A DNA stretch of 57,975 nt from an uncultured Eubacteriales bacterium (GTDB lineage Bacteria > Bacillota > Clostridia > Christensenellales > CAG-138): NCBI GenBank assembly GCA_900318745.1, contig ONMC01000004.1, positions 1-57,975 of the forward strand, given 5' to 3'. The notes under the pieces are model-generated. The model made no database searches, had not been told where the DNA came from, and was given only the letters and a program-made list of their open reading frames with translations. Numbering within the stretch: the first letter of the stretch is position 1; each line of letters opens with the position of its first letter. Shown here piece after piece: positions 1-9,733 of the stretch. The translations under genes were made by a program, and so were the position numbers.

Positions 1-711
1 GAATATGACGAGGATCACGCAGCGTTCTGCGATGCGGCGGAATCGTTTGACGCCGGCACGTCGACCGTTCCGGTGCTGTATATCCCGGAAGGGATCCTGT
101 CCGTGCAGATGATCCGGGTCACGCCGGAAGCGGAGCGCGATTTGAAGATCGAAACGAACCGCTCGGAAATGACGGAGCTCGAAGCGGAATACGGCAGACT
201 GATGCTGAACAACGAGAACGCCGCGCGTCAGGCGGAGATTGTTACGCGGTACGCAGAGCTGAAGGCGGAAAGCGAAGAGCTGGAGGAGGCGTATATCGGC
301 GAGTCCCGTCGGGCGATCAACAAGGCGTATGAAGCGTTGGAAGAGGGGACGCCGTTCGAGGACGTCATGAAGCAGTACAATGCGGACGGCAGCACGGCAA
401 TCGTCATGATGAGCGCGAGCGAGGACGAGCGTTACGGCGAGCTGTGCGAGTATGCATCGGAGCTGCCCGTCGGCACGTATTCGGAGCCGATCCTGATCGA
501 CGATGTGTATTACATCGTGAAGCTTGTTGAAAAACCGCAGGCCGGCGCGATCGATCGCGCATCGATCGCCGAAGCGGTCGAAACGGCAGCGAAGGACGCT
601 CTGAAGACGGAGGCGTGGGAACAGCTTCTGTCGGAATGGGAAACCGAAGCCGGAACGAGCGCGGTCCGTCACGAAGAGACGTATGCCGCGATCGGCTATC
701 TCAACAACTGA
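1..711 (+). CDS. PpiC/PrsA-like peptidyl-prolyl isomerase domain protein (5' partial, continues upstream of window)
   Basis: Frame 1 is open from base 1, with no stop before the first Met at 73. The C-terminal part (FEDVMKQYNADG...VGTYSEPILIDDVYYIVKLVEK) resembles a parvulin-type fold by eye. Stop at 709-711. Confidence 0.45.
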   Translation, partial: EYDEDHAAFCDAAESFDAGTSTVPVLYIPEGILSVQMIRVTPEAERDLKIETNRSEMTELEAEYGRLMLNNENAARQAEIVTRYAELKAESEELEEAYIGESRRAINKAYEALEEGTPFEDVMKQYNADGSTAIVMMSASEDERYGELCEYASELPVGTYSEPILIDDVYYIVKLVEKPQAGAIDRASIAEAVETAAKDALKTEAWEQLLSEWETEAGTSAVRHEETYAAIGYLNN

Positions 712-766
712 CGACAGAGGGAAGACGCGGTCTTCCCTTTTATCAAATCACAAGGAGGAATCAACC

Positions 767-1192
767 ATGTATTGCACCAAGTGCGGAAATCAGCTTCCGG
801 ACGATGCGCAGGTTTGCGACGTGTGCGGCGAACGCTTTGCACCCGAACCGCAAAAAGGTCCCGAACTGATGTTCGAACAGCCGAAAGCACAGAAGGAAAC
901 GAAACAGACCGGCGTGCCGAGCGCATTCAGAAAGTGGGTCAAGGAGCAGGGACTGTTCTGCCTGATCGCAAAGGCAGTGGCCGTTACCGTCATGGCATTC
1001 TACATGCTGGTCTCCATCGTGCACATGATCACGCTCGCGGTCGCACGGTATCCGGGCGGCACGATCTTCGCGCAGTTCTTCACCGAGCTGCTCCAGGGCG
1101 TCGTTTACGGCGTGATCATCTGGCTGCTTTCCGACGCGGTCCTGTATCTGCAGAATCTCGTCAAGCTGAAAAAGCAGGAACAGAAGAAATAA
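767..1192 (+). CDS. zinc-ribbon domain membrane protein (hypothetical)
   Basis: ATG at 767 lies 8 nt after AGGAGG. The N-terminus MYCTKCGNQLPDDAQVCDVCG is a CxxC...CxxC ribbon followed by hydrophobic helices. The track ORF start at 683 has no RBS. Confidence 0.7.
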   Translation: MYCTKCGNQLPDDAQVCDVCGERFAPEPQKGPELMFEQPKAQKETKQTGVPSAFRKWVKEQGLFCLIAKAVAVTVMAFYMLVSIVHMITLAVARYPGGTIFAQFFTELLQGVVYGVIIWLLSDAVLYLQNLVKLKKQEQKK

Positions 1193-1201
1193 CGCAACGC
1201 A

Positions 1202-1231
1202 AAAAGAGCTGTGCAGACGCACAGCTCTTTT
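1202..1231. terminator. bidirectional rho-independent terminator between convergent genes
   Basis: AAAAGAGCTGTGC-agac-GCACAGCTCTTTT is a perfect 13-bp stem flanked by an A-run and a T-run. Confidence 0.8.
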
Positions 1232-1242
1232 CGTTTTGTTCC

Positions 1243-2454
1243 TTACGCGAGCTTCTGTTCGAGGCGTTCGCGGATCGCCTTGATGAAGTCGAGCGTGTTG
1301 ACCGCGGTGGGCGTGATGCCCTCAACGAGATTCACGAGGTCCTTCGTCATGATGCCGTCCTTTAACGTATCGATGCACGCTTCTTCGAGCTTCGTGCCGA
1401 ACGCGACGAGATCGTCGAGACCGTCGAGTTCGCCGCGCTTTTTCAGAGCGCCGCTCCACGCATAGATCGTCGCCATCGGGTTCGTGGAGGTTTCCTCGCC
1501 CTTCAGGTACTTATAATAGTGGCGCGTGACGGTGCCGTGCGCCGCTTCGAACTCGAAGTTGCCGTCCGGGCTGCACAGCACGGAGGTCATCATCGCGAGC
1601 GAGCCGAACGCGGTGGAGACCATGTCGCTCATGACGTCGCCGTCGTAGTTCTTGAGCGCCCAGATGAAGCCGCCTTTACTGCGGATCACGCGCGCGACCG
1701 CATCGTCGATCAGGGTGTAGAAGTAGGTGAGGCCGAGCTTTTCGAACGTTTCCTTGTAGTCCTTTTCGTAGACCGCCTGGAAGATGTTGCGGAAGTTCAT
1801 GTCGTACTTCTTGCTGATCGTGTCCTTTGCGGAGAACCACAGATCCTGCTTGGTTTCGATCGCGTACTTGAAGCACGAATGCGCAAACGAGGTGATCGAG
1901 GTGTCCTTGTTGTAGATTCCCTGCAGAATGCCGGGGCATTCGAAATCATAGATCGTCTCGCGGAATTCCGCACCGTTTTCGCCGGTGAAGACCAGTTCCG
2001 CCTTGCCCTTTTCGGGGACGCGGTACTCGGTGCCCTTATAGAGATCGCCGTATGCGTGACGGGCGATCGTGATCGGCTTTTCCCAGTTCTTGACGACCGG
2101 CTTGATGTTGTCGATGATGATCGGCGCGCGGAACACGGTACCGTCGAGGATCGCGCGGATCGTGCCGTTCGGGCTCTTCCACATCTCATGCAGGTTGTAC
2201 TCGGTCATGCGCTGCGCGTTCGGGGTGATCGTTGCGCACTTAACGCCCACGCCGTACTTTTTGATCGCGTTGCCCGCGTCCTTGGTGATCTGATCCTTCG
2301 TTTCATCGCGCTTCGGGAGTCCGAGGTCATAATACTCGGTCTTGAGATCGACAAACGGCAGAAGCAGCTCGTCCTTGATCATCTTCCAGATGATCCGGGT
2401 CATTTCATCACCGTCCATCTCGACGAGCGGCGTGGTCATTCTGATCTTTTCCAT
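1243..2454 (-). CDS. icd: NADP-dependent isocitrate dehydrogenase (403 aa, eukaryote-like subfamily)
   Basis: Full-length match by eye to IDH ([16 protein letters not shown]..., [12 protein letters not shown], final ...RERLEQKLA). GGAGGA RBS sits before the ATG at 2454. Confidence 0.93.
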   Translation of the reverse strand: MEKIRMTTPLVEMDGDEMTRIIWKMIKDELLLPFVDLKTEYYDLGLPKRDETKDQITKDAGNAIKKYGVGVKCATITPNAQRMTEYNLHEMWKSPNGTIRAILDGTVFRAPIIIDNIKPVVKNWEKPITIARHAYGDLYKGTEYRVPEKGKAELVFTGENGAEFRETIYDFECPGILQGIYNKDTSITSFAHSCFKYAIETKQDLWFSAKDTISKKYDMNFRNIFQAVYEKDYKETFEKLGLTYFYTLIDDAVARVIRSKGGFIWALKNYDGDVMSDMVSTAFGSLAMMTSVLCSPDGNFEFEAAHGTVTRHYYKYLKGEETSTNPMATIYAWSGALKKRGELDGLDDLVAFGTKLEEACIDTLKDGIMTKDLVNLVEGITPTAVNTLDFIKAIRERLEQKLA

Positions 2455-2518
2455 AGATTCCTCCTGTTGAATTTTGAAAATGTTCGAACGCCGGCAGGGA
2501 GCCCCGCCGGCGGGGCCG

Positions 2519-4762
2519 TTATTTGTTCTGTGCCGCGTAGTAGTTCATCAGGCAGCCCTCGAGGATGATTGTCTTCTCATCCGCGGTGAGCCCCTTCACA
2601 TACAGCGTGATATCTTCGACCGTGCCGTCCTTTCTGATCGCCTTTGCGGGGATTTCCTCCCTGCCGGTTGCGATCGCTTCCCGGATGCCGGGCACGAACA
2701 CGAAGTCGCCTTCCTCATACGGGAACGCCGCGCCTTCCGCAAGCGTGAACGGCACGATGCCCCAGTTGATGCAGTTGGAGCGATAGCGCTTCGTCGCATA
2801 CTCATAGCAGATGTTCGCAAAGCCGCCGAGCACCTTCTGGCAGGACGCCGCCTGTTCGCGCGCGGAGCCGTCGCCCGGCTTGTTTGCAAACACGCAGGAA
2901 CCGAACTGGGTGTTCTTCAGAAGTTCGTCTGCATTGCCGACCGCGGACAGCGCCTTCACGATCTTTTCGGGCTTCTGCCCTTCGCGGCGCGCCGCCTCGT
3001 CCTTGGAGACCGCCTTGGAGCGTCCGACGTATTCGGGCACTCTGCGCGAAAGCGCAAACTCCGAAAGGCGCAGCGGGTTACTGCGGTACGACGACGTTTC
3101 GCCGGACGGGATCAGCTCGTCGGTCGTCGTGACCGGATCGCGGATGACCGCGTCGAGCTCGAGCAGCATGTTGTCGGTGAGCGCATACATCTTCGGCCAA
3201 TCGGTGATGTTGGGTCCGAGGATCAGCTCTTCTTCGGGATGCGGATTTGCAAAGCCGTAGTAGCAGCGCTTCTCGTAGACGGAGCGGTCGAACTCGTACG
3301 GCACGCGCTCAAACTCGTAGTCGACGTCGGTTGCGGCGGTGATGTAACCGCCGTTTCTGGCGGTCGCCGCGATCGAACGCGCATCCATCAGCGCGACGGC
3401 GCTGATCTGCCCTTCGCCGGGCTTCGAGCCTTCGCGGTTCGGGAAGTTGCGCGTGGTGTGACGCAGCGAAAGCTCGTTGTTTGCCGGCACGTCGCCTGCG
3501 CCGAAGCACGGACCGCAGAACGACGGCTTGATGAGCGCGCCCGCTTCGAGAAGCGTTTCAACCTGACCGTCTCTGGTCAGCGCCAGACTCGTCGGGACGC
3601 TCGTCGGATACACGGAAAGGGAGAAGTAGCCGTTGCCGGTGCTGCCGCCCTTCAGGATGGCGGCGGCTTCGGTGATGTTGTCGAACAGACCGCCGGAGCA
3701 GCCCGCGATGACGCCCTGATCCGCCAGCACGCCTTCCTTGTGGATCTTCGAACGCAGATCGAGATGCGCCTTCGGGAACTTCTTCTTCGCTTCCTCTTCG
3801 ACTTTTGCGAGGAGCTCGTCCGCGTGCTCGAGGAACTCGTGGATCGTGTAGGCATTCGACGGATGGAACGGCAGCGCGATCATGGATTCGACCTTGTCGA
3901 GCTCGATCGTGATCATCGCGTCGTAGTACGCGCCTTCCGCGGGCTCGAGTTTTTCGTATGCGTGCGGACGCTTGTGGATGTTGTAGTAGTTTTCGATCTC
4001 CTCGTCGGTCGCCCAGATCGAGGAGAGACAGGTGGTTTCGGTCGTCATGACGTCGATGCCGCTGCGGAAGTCGTAGGGCAGGTTCTTGAGACCCGGGCCC
4101 GCAAACTCGAGGATCTTGTTCTTGACAAGCCCTTCGGCAAACGTCGCCTTGACGAGCGCGAGCGCTACGTCGTGCGGACCGATGCCCTTCTTCGGCGCGC
4201 CGGTGAGATAGCACAGCACCACTTCGGGCGGCTTGATGTCGTAGGTGTTCTTCAAAAGCTGCTTGACGAGCTCCGGACCGCCTTCGCCGACGCCCATCGT
4301 GCCGAGCGCGCCGTAGCGCGTGTGGCTGTCGGAACCGAGGATCATGTTGCCGCAGGTGGCGAGCTCTTCACGCGCATAGGAATGAATGACGCTTTCGTTT
4401 GCCGGAACAAAGATGCCGCCGTACTTCTTCGCGGCGGACAGACCGAACACGTGGTCGTCCTCGTTGATCGTACCGCCGACCGCGCAAAGCGAGTTGTGGC
4501 AGTTTGTCATGGCGTACGGGATCGGGAACTCCTTCAGACCGCTTGCGCGCGCTGTCTGGATGATGCCGACATAGGTGATATCGTGCGAGACGAGCGCGTC
4601 GAAATGGATGTGCATGACGCCGTCGTTGCTCGGTTCGCGGTGCGCGTTCATGATGCGATAGCCGATCGTGCCGTTGCGCCATTTCGCCTTGTCGATGTCC
4701 GCGGGCGCCGGCTGCGGGGCGCCGTTGATCCACTGCATGCCCTGTGCGAGATACTTGATCAT
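2519..4762 (-). CDS. aconitate hydratase (747 aa)
   Basis: Aconitase motifs are present ([14 protein letters not shown], swivel domain at the C-terminus). I chose Met32 of the track ORF (ATG 4762) because GGAGGA lies 9 nt upstream. It forms an operon with icd. Confidence 0.9.
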   Translation of the reverse strand: MIKYLAQGMQWINGAPQPAPADIDKAKWRNGTIGYRIMNAHREPSNDGVMHIHFDALVSHDITYVGIIQTARASGLKEFPIPYAMTNCHNSLCAVGGTINEDDHVFGLSAAKKYGGIFVPANESVIHSYAREELATCGNMILGSDSHTRYGALGTMGVGEGGPELVKQLLKNTYDIKPPEVVLCYLTGAPKKGIGPHDVALALVKATFAEGLVKNKILEFAGPGLKNLPYDFRSGIDVMTTETTCLSSIWATDEEIENYYNIHKRPHAYEKLEPAEGAYYDAMITIELDKVESMIALPFHPSNAYTIHEFLEHADELLAKVEEEAKKKFPKAHLDLRSKIHKEGVLADQGVIAGCSGGLFDNITEAAAILKGGSTGNGYFSLSVYPTSVPTSLALTRDGQVETLLEAGALIKPSFCGPCFGAGDVPANNELSLRHTTRNFPNREGSKPGEGQISAVALMDARSIAATARNGGYITAATDVDYEFERVPYEFDRSVYEKRCYYGFANPHPEEELILGPNITDWPKMYALTDNMLLELDAVIRDPVTTTDELIPSGETSSYRSNPLRLSEFALSRRVPEYVGRSKAVSKDEAARREGQKPEKIVKALSAVGNADELLKNTQFGSCVFANKPGDGSAREQAASCQKVLGGFANICYEYATKRYRSNCINWGIVPFTLAEGAAFPYEEGDFVFVPGIREAIATGREEIPAKAIRKDGTVEDITLYVKGLTADEKTIILEGCLMNYYAAQNK

Positions 4763-4826
4763 CTTCTTCGTTGTCCTCCGGTTGAAATTTGTAGATCGAT
4801 GCGGGATCTCCGCTTCTTCTGAATTT

Positions 4827-4855
4827 ATTATAAAATCAGGAGTGTATATTTTCAA
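4827..4855 (-). promoter_or_regulatory. putative sigma-A promoter of acn-icd
   Basis: On the minus strand: TTGAAA (4855-4850), 17 nt, TATAAT (4832-4827), about 65 nt upstream of the acn start. Confidence 0.5.
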
Positions 4856-4873
4856 ATATATTTTTTATAAATT

Positions 4874-4894
4874 ATCATAGAGAATCTCTATGAT
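4874..4894. promoter_or_regulatory. perfect 10-1-10 palindrome, candidate operator/activator site (contains T-N11-A)
   Basis: ATCATAGAGA-a-TCTCTATGAT lies 18 nt from the acn -35 box and 15 nt from the citC -35 box. Confidence 0.5.
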
Positions 4895-4909
4895 TCTTTC
4901 GTGCAGGGG

Positions 4910-4939
4910 TTGCAAAGGGACCGGGTCGTCTGCTATACT
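4910..4939 (+). promoter_or_regulatory. putative sigma-A promoter of citC-citXG-lysR
   Basis: TTGCAA (4910-4915), 18 nt, TATACT (4934-4939). Confidence 0.45.
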
Positions 4940-5050
4940 GAAACCGACGGCAGATTTGCGAATTTTGACGGAATCAGCGATATGATACCTGCTTTTTGCG
5001 TAAAAAGGAAGCTTGCTGCCGCAATCGGTACGACAATAAGGGAGGCGAAT

Positions 5051-6031
5051 ATGGATCTTTCTCTGCTCGCGGCGCCGCTGAAAGGGAAGATGGCGGCACG
5101 TTATAAAGATTTTCTATCCACATGCGGTCTGCGCGACGAAGGCGATGCAGACGTGATCGCGCTGATGACGGACGAGGACTTCAACATCGTCGCGTGCGGC
5201 GCGCGTGCGGGAAATACGCTCAAGCAGTTTGCGGTCTCGCCGGATTATGAGGGCGAGGGCGCGTGTGCAACGGTGCTGACCGCGCTGATGAACGACGCGA
5301 TGCAGCGCGGCATTCTGCGCCTGTTTCTGTGCACCAAACCGAAAAACCGGGCGATGTTCGCGTCGATGGGGTTTGAACCGATCGCGGCGACGGCAGACGC
5401 GGTGCTGATGGAGAACCGCAGAAACGGACTCGAACAGTTTCTCGCATCGATCCCGCGGCACGAGGGCGTGTGCGGCGCGGTCGTCATGAACAGCGATCCG
5501 TTCACCAAAGGGCATCTGCACCTTCTCGAATACGCCGCCGCGCACTGCGACGCGCTGTACGTGTTTGCGGTTTCGGAAAACGGCTCGATGTTTTCACCCG
5601 AAGAACGCTTTGACATGATCGTCAACGGCTCCGCGCACATCAAAAACCGTTTCGTGTTCCGAAGCGACGCATATCTCGTTTCCCGTGCGACGTTTCCGGC
5701 GTACTTCATCCGCGACGAGCACGACGTCGATCGTGTGCGTTCCGACCTCGATATTGAACTGTTCCGCTCGCGCATCGCGCCGGCGCTTCACATCACGAAG
5801 CGCTTTGTGGGACAGGAACCGTTTTCGCCGACGACGAACGCGTATAACGAGCGGATGAAAGAACTTTTGCCCGAAAAGGGGATCGAACTGGTCGAGATCC
5901 CGCGGCTTGCCGGGATCAGCGCAAGCCGTGTGCGGGCGCTGGTCAAAGAGGGGCGCATCGAAGAGATCGGAGAATTTGTTCCGGAGACGACTTATGAAAC
6001 CATTGTCCGTCACTTTGCAGCAAATGCTTGA
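5051..6031 (+). CDS. citC: [citrate (pro-3S)-lyase] ligase (acetate:SH-citrate lyase ligase)
   Basis: GNAT-like N-terminal half plus a cytidylyltransferase-like half (VVMNSDPFTKGHLHLLE..., ISASRVRALVKEG). ATG at 5051 follows GGGAGG. The track ORF start at 4901 lies inside the promoter. Confidence 0.85.
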   Translation: MDLSLLAAPLKGKMAARYKDFLSTCGLRDEGDADVIALMTDEDFNIVACGARAGNTLKQFAVSPDYEGEGACATVLTALMNDAMQRGILRLFLCTKPKNRAMFASMGFEPIAATADAVLMENRRNGLEQFLASIPRHEGVCGAVVMNSDPFTKGHLHLLEYAAAHCDALYVFAVSENGSMFSPEERFDMIVNGSAHIKNRFVFRSDAYLVSRATFPAYFIRDEHDVDRVRSDLDIELFRSRIAPALHITKRFVGQEPFSPTTNAYNERMKELLPEKGIELVEIPRLAGISASRVRALVKEGRIEEIGEFVPETTYETIVRHFAANA

Positions 6032-7307
6032 TGCGCGCGAGCGCCGTGCAAGGGAACAGAGCGCACTGCTGCGGCAGGCGGATGCGGACGACTGCCTTGT
6101 TTCGTTTTCTCTGAACATCGCGGGCGACGTGAAGCGCACGCCGAAAACGCGGCTGCTGTTCGATCAGGGCATGCGCGTGTTCGACGCGCTCGGCTTCGCG
6201 CAAAGGACGCGGACGGTCACCGACGCCGTCACCGGCACCGAAGCGCTGATCCTCGTGCGGGCGGATGCGGCAGCGGTCAAAACGGTGCTGGAACGGCTTG
6301 AGGATGCGGTGCCGTGGGCGCGGCTGTTCGATTTTGACGTGCTGAACGCGGCAGGGGAGAAGCTTTCGCGAAAGGAGCCGCGCCGCTGTCTTGTGTGCGG
6401 CGGTCCCGCGGCGGACTGCGCGCGCTCGCGCGCACACGGACTCGATGCGGTCAAAGCGGCGACCGACGCGCTTTTGGAAGAATGCTGTGCTGATACGCTC
6501 GCTTCGACGGCGCATGCCGCGCTCGAACAGGAGCTATGCACGACGCCCAAGCCCGGTCTGGTCGATGAAAACAACACCGGCGCGCATGACGACATGGATA
6601 TTCCGCTGTTTCTGAAAAGCGCGGCGTCGCTCGTACCGTACTTTCGCACGGCGGTGCGGCTCGGCATGCGGCATGCCGGCATGGGATCGCTCAGACATGC
6701 GGGACTCGACGCCGAGCGCGCCATGTTCGAGGCGACGGACGGCGTGAATACGCATAAAGGCATGGTGTATTCGATGGGGCTGCTGCTTTACGGCATGGGA
6801 GAAGCGATCGACGGCGGCGCGGATGCGATCGGCTGCGCGGCGCGGCTTGCGGCAACCGATGCGGATGCGCGCCTTGCGCGCGCCGAAGCGGCGCAGGATA
6901 CCAACGGCGGCAGAGTCCTGGCAGACTTCGGTGCGGCCGGCGCGGTCGGAGAGGCGGCGAACGGCTTTTTGCATGCCGTGTTCTGCGCGGACCGGCTGGC
7001 GTTCTATCGCAGCGCAGGCGCACAGAATCCCGGTGCGCTCGCGCTGTGCGACACGATGGCGATCCTGGAAGATACGAACGTGCTGCACCGCGGCGGCAGG
7101 GAAGGACTGCGCTTTCTGCAGGACGAAGCAGCGCGCATCGGCGCGCTCGACCTGCGCGACCGTGAGGCGGCGCTTTTACAGCTCGACGCGGCCTGCATCC
7201 GCCGCAACCTTTCGCCGGGCGGCAGTGCGGACATGCTCGCGCTCGCATATCTGCTCGACGCGTGGCGGACGCTTTCAAAGGATCTCTTCGGGGAGGTGCG
7301 CGCATGA
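5994..7307 (+). CDS. citXG: bifunctional CitX (apo-citrate lyase phosphoribosyl-dephospho-CoA transferase) / CitG (triphosphoribosyl-dephospho-CoA synthase)
   Basis: The N-terminus (LQQMLDARERRAREQ..., FDFDVL) is CitX-like. The C-terminal half (TPKPGLVDENNTGAHDDMDIPLFLKSA...) is CitG-like. ATG at 5994 overlaps the citC end by 38 nt. Confidence 0.85.
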   Translation: MKPLSVTLQQMLDARERRAREQSALLRQADADDCLVSFSLNIAGDVKRTPKTRLLFDQGMRVFDALGFAQRTRTVTDAVTGTEALILVRADAAAVKTVLERLEDAVPWARLFDFDVLNAAGEKLSRKEPRRCLVCGGPAADCARSRAHGLDAVKAATDALLEECCADTLASTAHAALEQELCTTPKPGLVDENNTGAHDDMDIPLFLKSAASLVPYFRTAVRLGMRHAGMGSLRHAGLDAERAMFEATDGVNTHKGMVYSMGLLLYGMGEAIDGGADAIGCAARLAATDADARLARAEAAQDTNGGRVLADFGAAGAVGEAANGFLHAVFCADRLAFYRSAGAQNPGALALCDTMAILEDTNVLHRGGREGLRFLQDEAARIGALDLRDREAALLQLDAACIRRNLSPGGSADMLALAYLLDAWRTLSKDLFGEVRA

Positions 7308-8206
7308 CGCTGCAACAGCTTCGATACTTTTGCGTGACCGCCGAGGTTCTGCACTATACGCGCGCGGCGGAGCTTCTCTATATCTCGCAGCCGAGTCTGT
7401 CCTATGCGCTTTCGAAGCTCGAAAAGGAGCTGAACATGCCGCTGTTTGAAAAGCGCGGCAAGCAGGTCGCGCTGACCGCCTACGGCACGGAGTTTCTGCC
7501 GTATGCCAAGCGCGCGCTTTCGGAGCTTTCAAAGGGGCAGGAGCGGCTCAAGGAACTTCGCGCACCGGCTGCCGGGATCATCAACATCGGCTACATTTAC
7601 AGCACGAGCTTTTCGGTTTTGCCGTCGTTTGTCGATCAGTTTTATGCGCATCACGACAGCCGTCACGTCGCGTTCCGCTTTCATCAGGGCATGGCGGGCG
7701 TGCTGATCGAGCAGCTGCTGAACGGTTCTCTGGACCTTTTGATCGCCGGAAAGCCGGACATCGATTCGATCGATTACGTAACGATCGCAAGCCAGCAGCT
7801 GTACCTGGCGGTTCCGGCGTCGCACCGGCTTGCCTCGCGCGAGAACGTCGCGCTTTCCGACATTGCGGGCGAGCAGTTCATTTCGATCACGCACGATGCG
7901 ATCATCTATCGGGAGCTCGCCGACCGGTTCAAGCGTGCATCGTTCACGCCGAACATCGTCTTTGAGGCGGACGAATACAGCTCGATCGCAGCGTCCGTCA
8001 CAGTCGGGGCAGGCGTTGCCATCATGCCGAAGCTCCCCGTGCTCGACAATTTCAATCTCAAGCTGATCCCGTTTTCCGACGACTCGATGACGCGGGACGT
8101 GTGCATGCTGCGATACCGGATGCACACGATGTCCGAAGCGGTGCAAAGCGTCTGGTCGTTCGCCCGGCAGGCGTCCGAGCTTTTCAGCCGGCAAAAGGAA
8201 CGGTAA
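7304..8206 (+). CDS. LysR-family transcriptional regulator
   Basis: The N-terminal HTH (MTLQQLRYFCVTAEVLHYTRAAELLYISQPSLSYALSKLEKEL) is followed by a LysR substrate domain. Its ATG overlaps the citXG stop (ATGA). Confidence 0.9.
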   Translation: MTLQQLRYFCVTAEVLHYTRAAELLYISQPSLSYALSKLEKELNMPLFEKRGKQVALTAYGTEFLPYAKRALSELSKGQERLKELRAPAAGIINIGYIYSTSFSVLPSFVDQFYAHHDSRHVAFRFHQGMAGVLIEQLLNGSLDLLIAGKPDIDSIDYVTIASQQLYLAVPASHRLASRENVALSDIAGEQFISITHDAIIYRELADRFKRASFTPNIVFEADEYSSIAASVTVGAGVAIMPKLPVLDNFNLKLIPFSDDSMTRDVCMLRYRMHTMSEAVQSVWSFARQASELFSRQKER

Positions 8207-8208
8207 CG

Positions 8209-8240
8209 AAAATCCCTGCAACACATGTTGCAGGGATTTT
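8209..8240. terminator. bidirectional rho-independent terminator
   Basis: AAAATCCCTGCAAC-acat-GTTGCAGGGATTTT is a perfect 14-bp stem. Confidence 0.8.
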
Positions 8241-8263
8241 TATGTCCGTATGAAACGCTTTGA

Positions 8264-9733
8264 TCAGCGCTTTTTGCGCGCGATCAGAAAGATGACGACG
8301 GCGAGCACCGCCGCGGCGCCGATCGCGATCGGAACGATCGGAATCCTGCCGCCCTGCGCACTGTCCGGCTGCGGCGTTGTCTCGGGCAGCGTCGTTCCGA
8401 CCGGTTCCGTCGTCGAAAAAGCCGTCGGCGCTTCGGTCGGTTCCGGCGTCGGAGAAGCCGTCGGTTCTTCGGTCGGCTCCGGCGTCGGAGGAACATAATT
8501 GCTTAAGTCTTCGGGCGGAATGTTCTCGAGAAAATCATCGTGGTTCACATCGTCGCCGACCGTGCTGAACGCCAGACCGTACTGCGACGGCTGATACTTG
8601 TCGTTTTTGATGCCGTTGATCATGCCGAGCTCCTCCTTGTCCCAGAGGATCATGCCCTGCACGGCAAGCTCGCGCGCGGTCTGTCCGTCGAAGAACGCAA
8701 GCGGCGTGTCGACGTCGATCGTGAGCGTGTTTTCGGGATACAGGTGATAGTACAGCTTTTTGACCTGCCATGCGCCGTACTGCGCCGCGGAATCCGGATA
8801 CTGCGCCGGATCCGCCGCCGCCGCGACCGCGTCGCGCGTGATCTCGGCGGTCAGCTTGGTGCGTCCGTCTCCGTAATCGCCGTTCACAATGTCGTGCGTG
8901 ACCACGACCTCCGGCTTTACGCGGCGGATCTCTGCGGTCAGAAGCTCGATCGGGTCGCGCGGATCGTCGTCGAACCACAGCTTGTGATTCGTGGAATAGG
9001 AGCCGACGTGCTTATCCTTGAATTCGAAAAACGTCTTGAAATGGCGCAGCCCGGAAAGATAGGAACCGGGACTGCTCTTGCGCTGGCGACCGATCGTGTC
9101 GCAGGCGATGTCCGCGACGGAGACGGTGTATCCGCGATCGGTGTACGTCGGCAGAACGGCGGTAAAGACCAGGATGTCATCGTAGCCGCGCGCCTCGACC
9201 AGCAGGATATCCGTCTTGTCGAGCGGTTCCTCCCAGGCGATCGCTTTCGGCTGGACCTGCTTTTCACTATAGGCGAACAGCTCCGCCATCTTGCCCTCGC
9301 CCTCCAGAACGGTCATGCGGATCTCGGTCACGCCCGCTTCGGGAAAAACGGTCAGAAACCGGATCACGTTTCCGTATTCGCGCGAGGATACGACGCTGCC
9401 CGCGGCGTCGACGCATTCGACCAGCGCGCGGGTCGGGATGTCCAGCCATTCCCAGTACAGCGCGGCGACGGGACGCTTTTCCGTCCATTTCACGGTAAAT
9501 CCGTCGCCCTCGTGCATGGAGACCGTGGTGGAGAACGTGTTATCGGTCAGGTAGTTCATGGTCACGCTGTCCGCGCGCACTTCGATCGTGCAGTCGTCGT
9601 TGCAGTTCGCGTCCGCGAACGCAAGCGACGGGGTCAGAAGAAGGAGCGCGGCAAGCAGCGCGGCAAACAGCCGTCCGGTCAACAGACGGCGCAGGTTGTG
9701 AGAGCGATTCGGCTCCGAATGATTCCGTTTCAC
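8264..9733 (-). CDS. secreted, C-terminally membrane-anchored PIG-L/LmbE-like domain protein with N-terminal beta-rich module
   Basis: The protein has a signal peptide (LLAALLLLTPSLAFA), a PIG-L-like core (ILLVEARGYDD..., VVVTHDIVNGDYGDGRT), a Pro/Thr/Glu linker and a final TM helix plus RKKR. The track ORF starts at TTG 9757. I prefer GTG 9733, which has GGAGGA 6 nt upstream. Confidence 0.55.
   Translation of the reverse strand: MKRNHSEPNRSHNLRRLLTGRLFAALLAALLLLTPSLAFADANCNDDCTIEVRADSVTMNYLTDNTFSTTVSMHEGDGFTVKWTEKRPVAALYWEWLDIPTRALVECVDAAGSVVSSREYGNVIRFLTVFPEAGVTEIRMTVLEGEGKMAELFAYSEKQVQPKAIAWEEPLDKTDILLVEARGYDDILVFTAVLPTYTDRGYTVSVADIACDTIGRQRKSSPGSYLSGLRHFKTFFEFKDKHVGSYSTNHKLWFDDDPRDPIELLTAEIRRVKPEVVVTHDIVNGDYGDGRTKLTAEITRDAVAAAADPAQYPDSAAQYGAWQVKKLYYHLYPENTLTIDVDTPLAFFDGQTARELAVQGMILWDKEELGMINGIKNDKYQPSQYGLAFSTVGDDVNHDDFLENIPPEDLSNYVPPTPEPTEEPTASPTPEPTEAPTAFSTTEPVGTTLPETTPQPDSAQGGRIPIVPIAIGAAAVLAVVIFLIARKKR

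Noticed and set aside
2455-2518. GC-rich hairpin between aconitase and icd as a terminator
   Set aside because: The stem (CGCCGGC...GCCGGCG) is short with a large loop and no clear T-tract. The genes are 64 nt apart and probably co-transcribed. At most this is an attenuator.
2474-4822. 782-aa ORF on the plus strand
   Set aside because: It is exactly antisense to the well-supported aconitase gene. The translation is Arg/Ala/Gly-rich with no recognisable motifs and no RBS. This is the typical stop-poor antisense frame of high-GC DNA.
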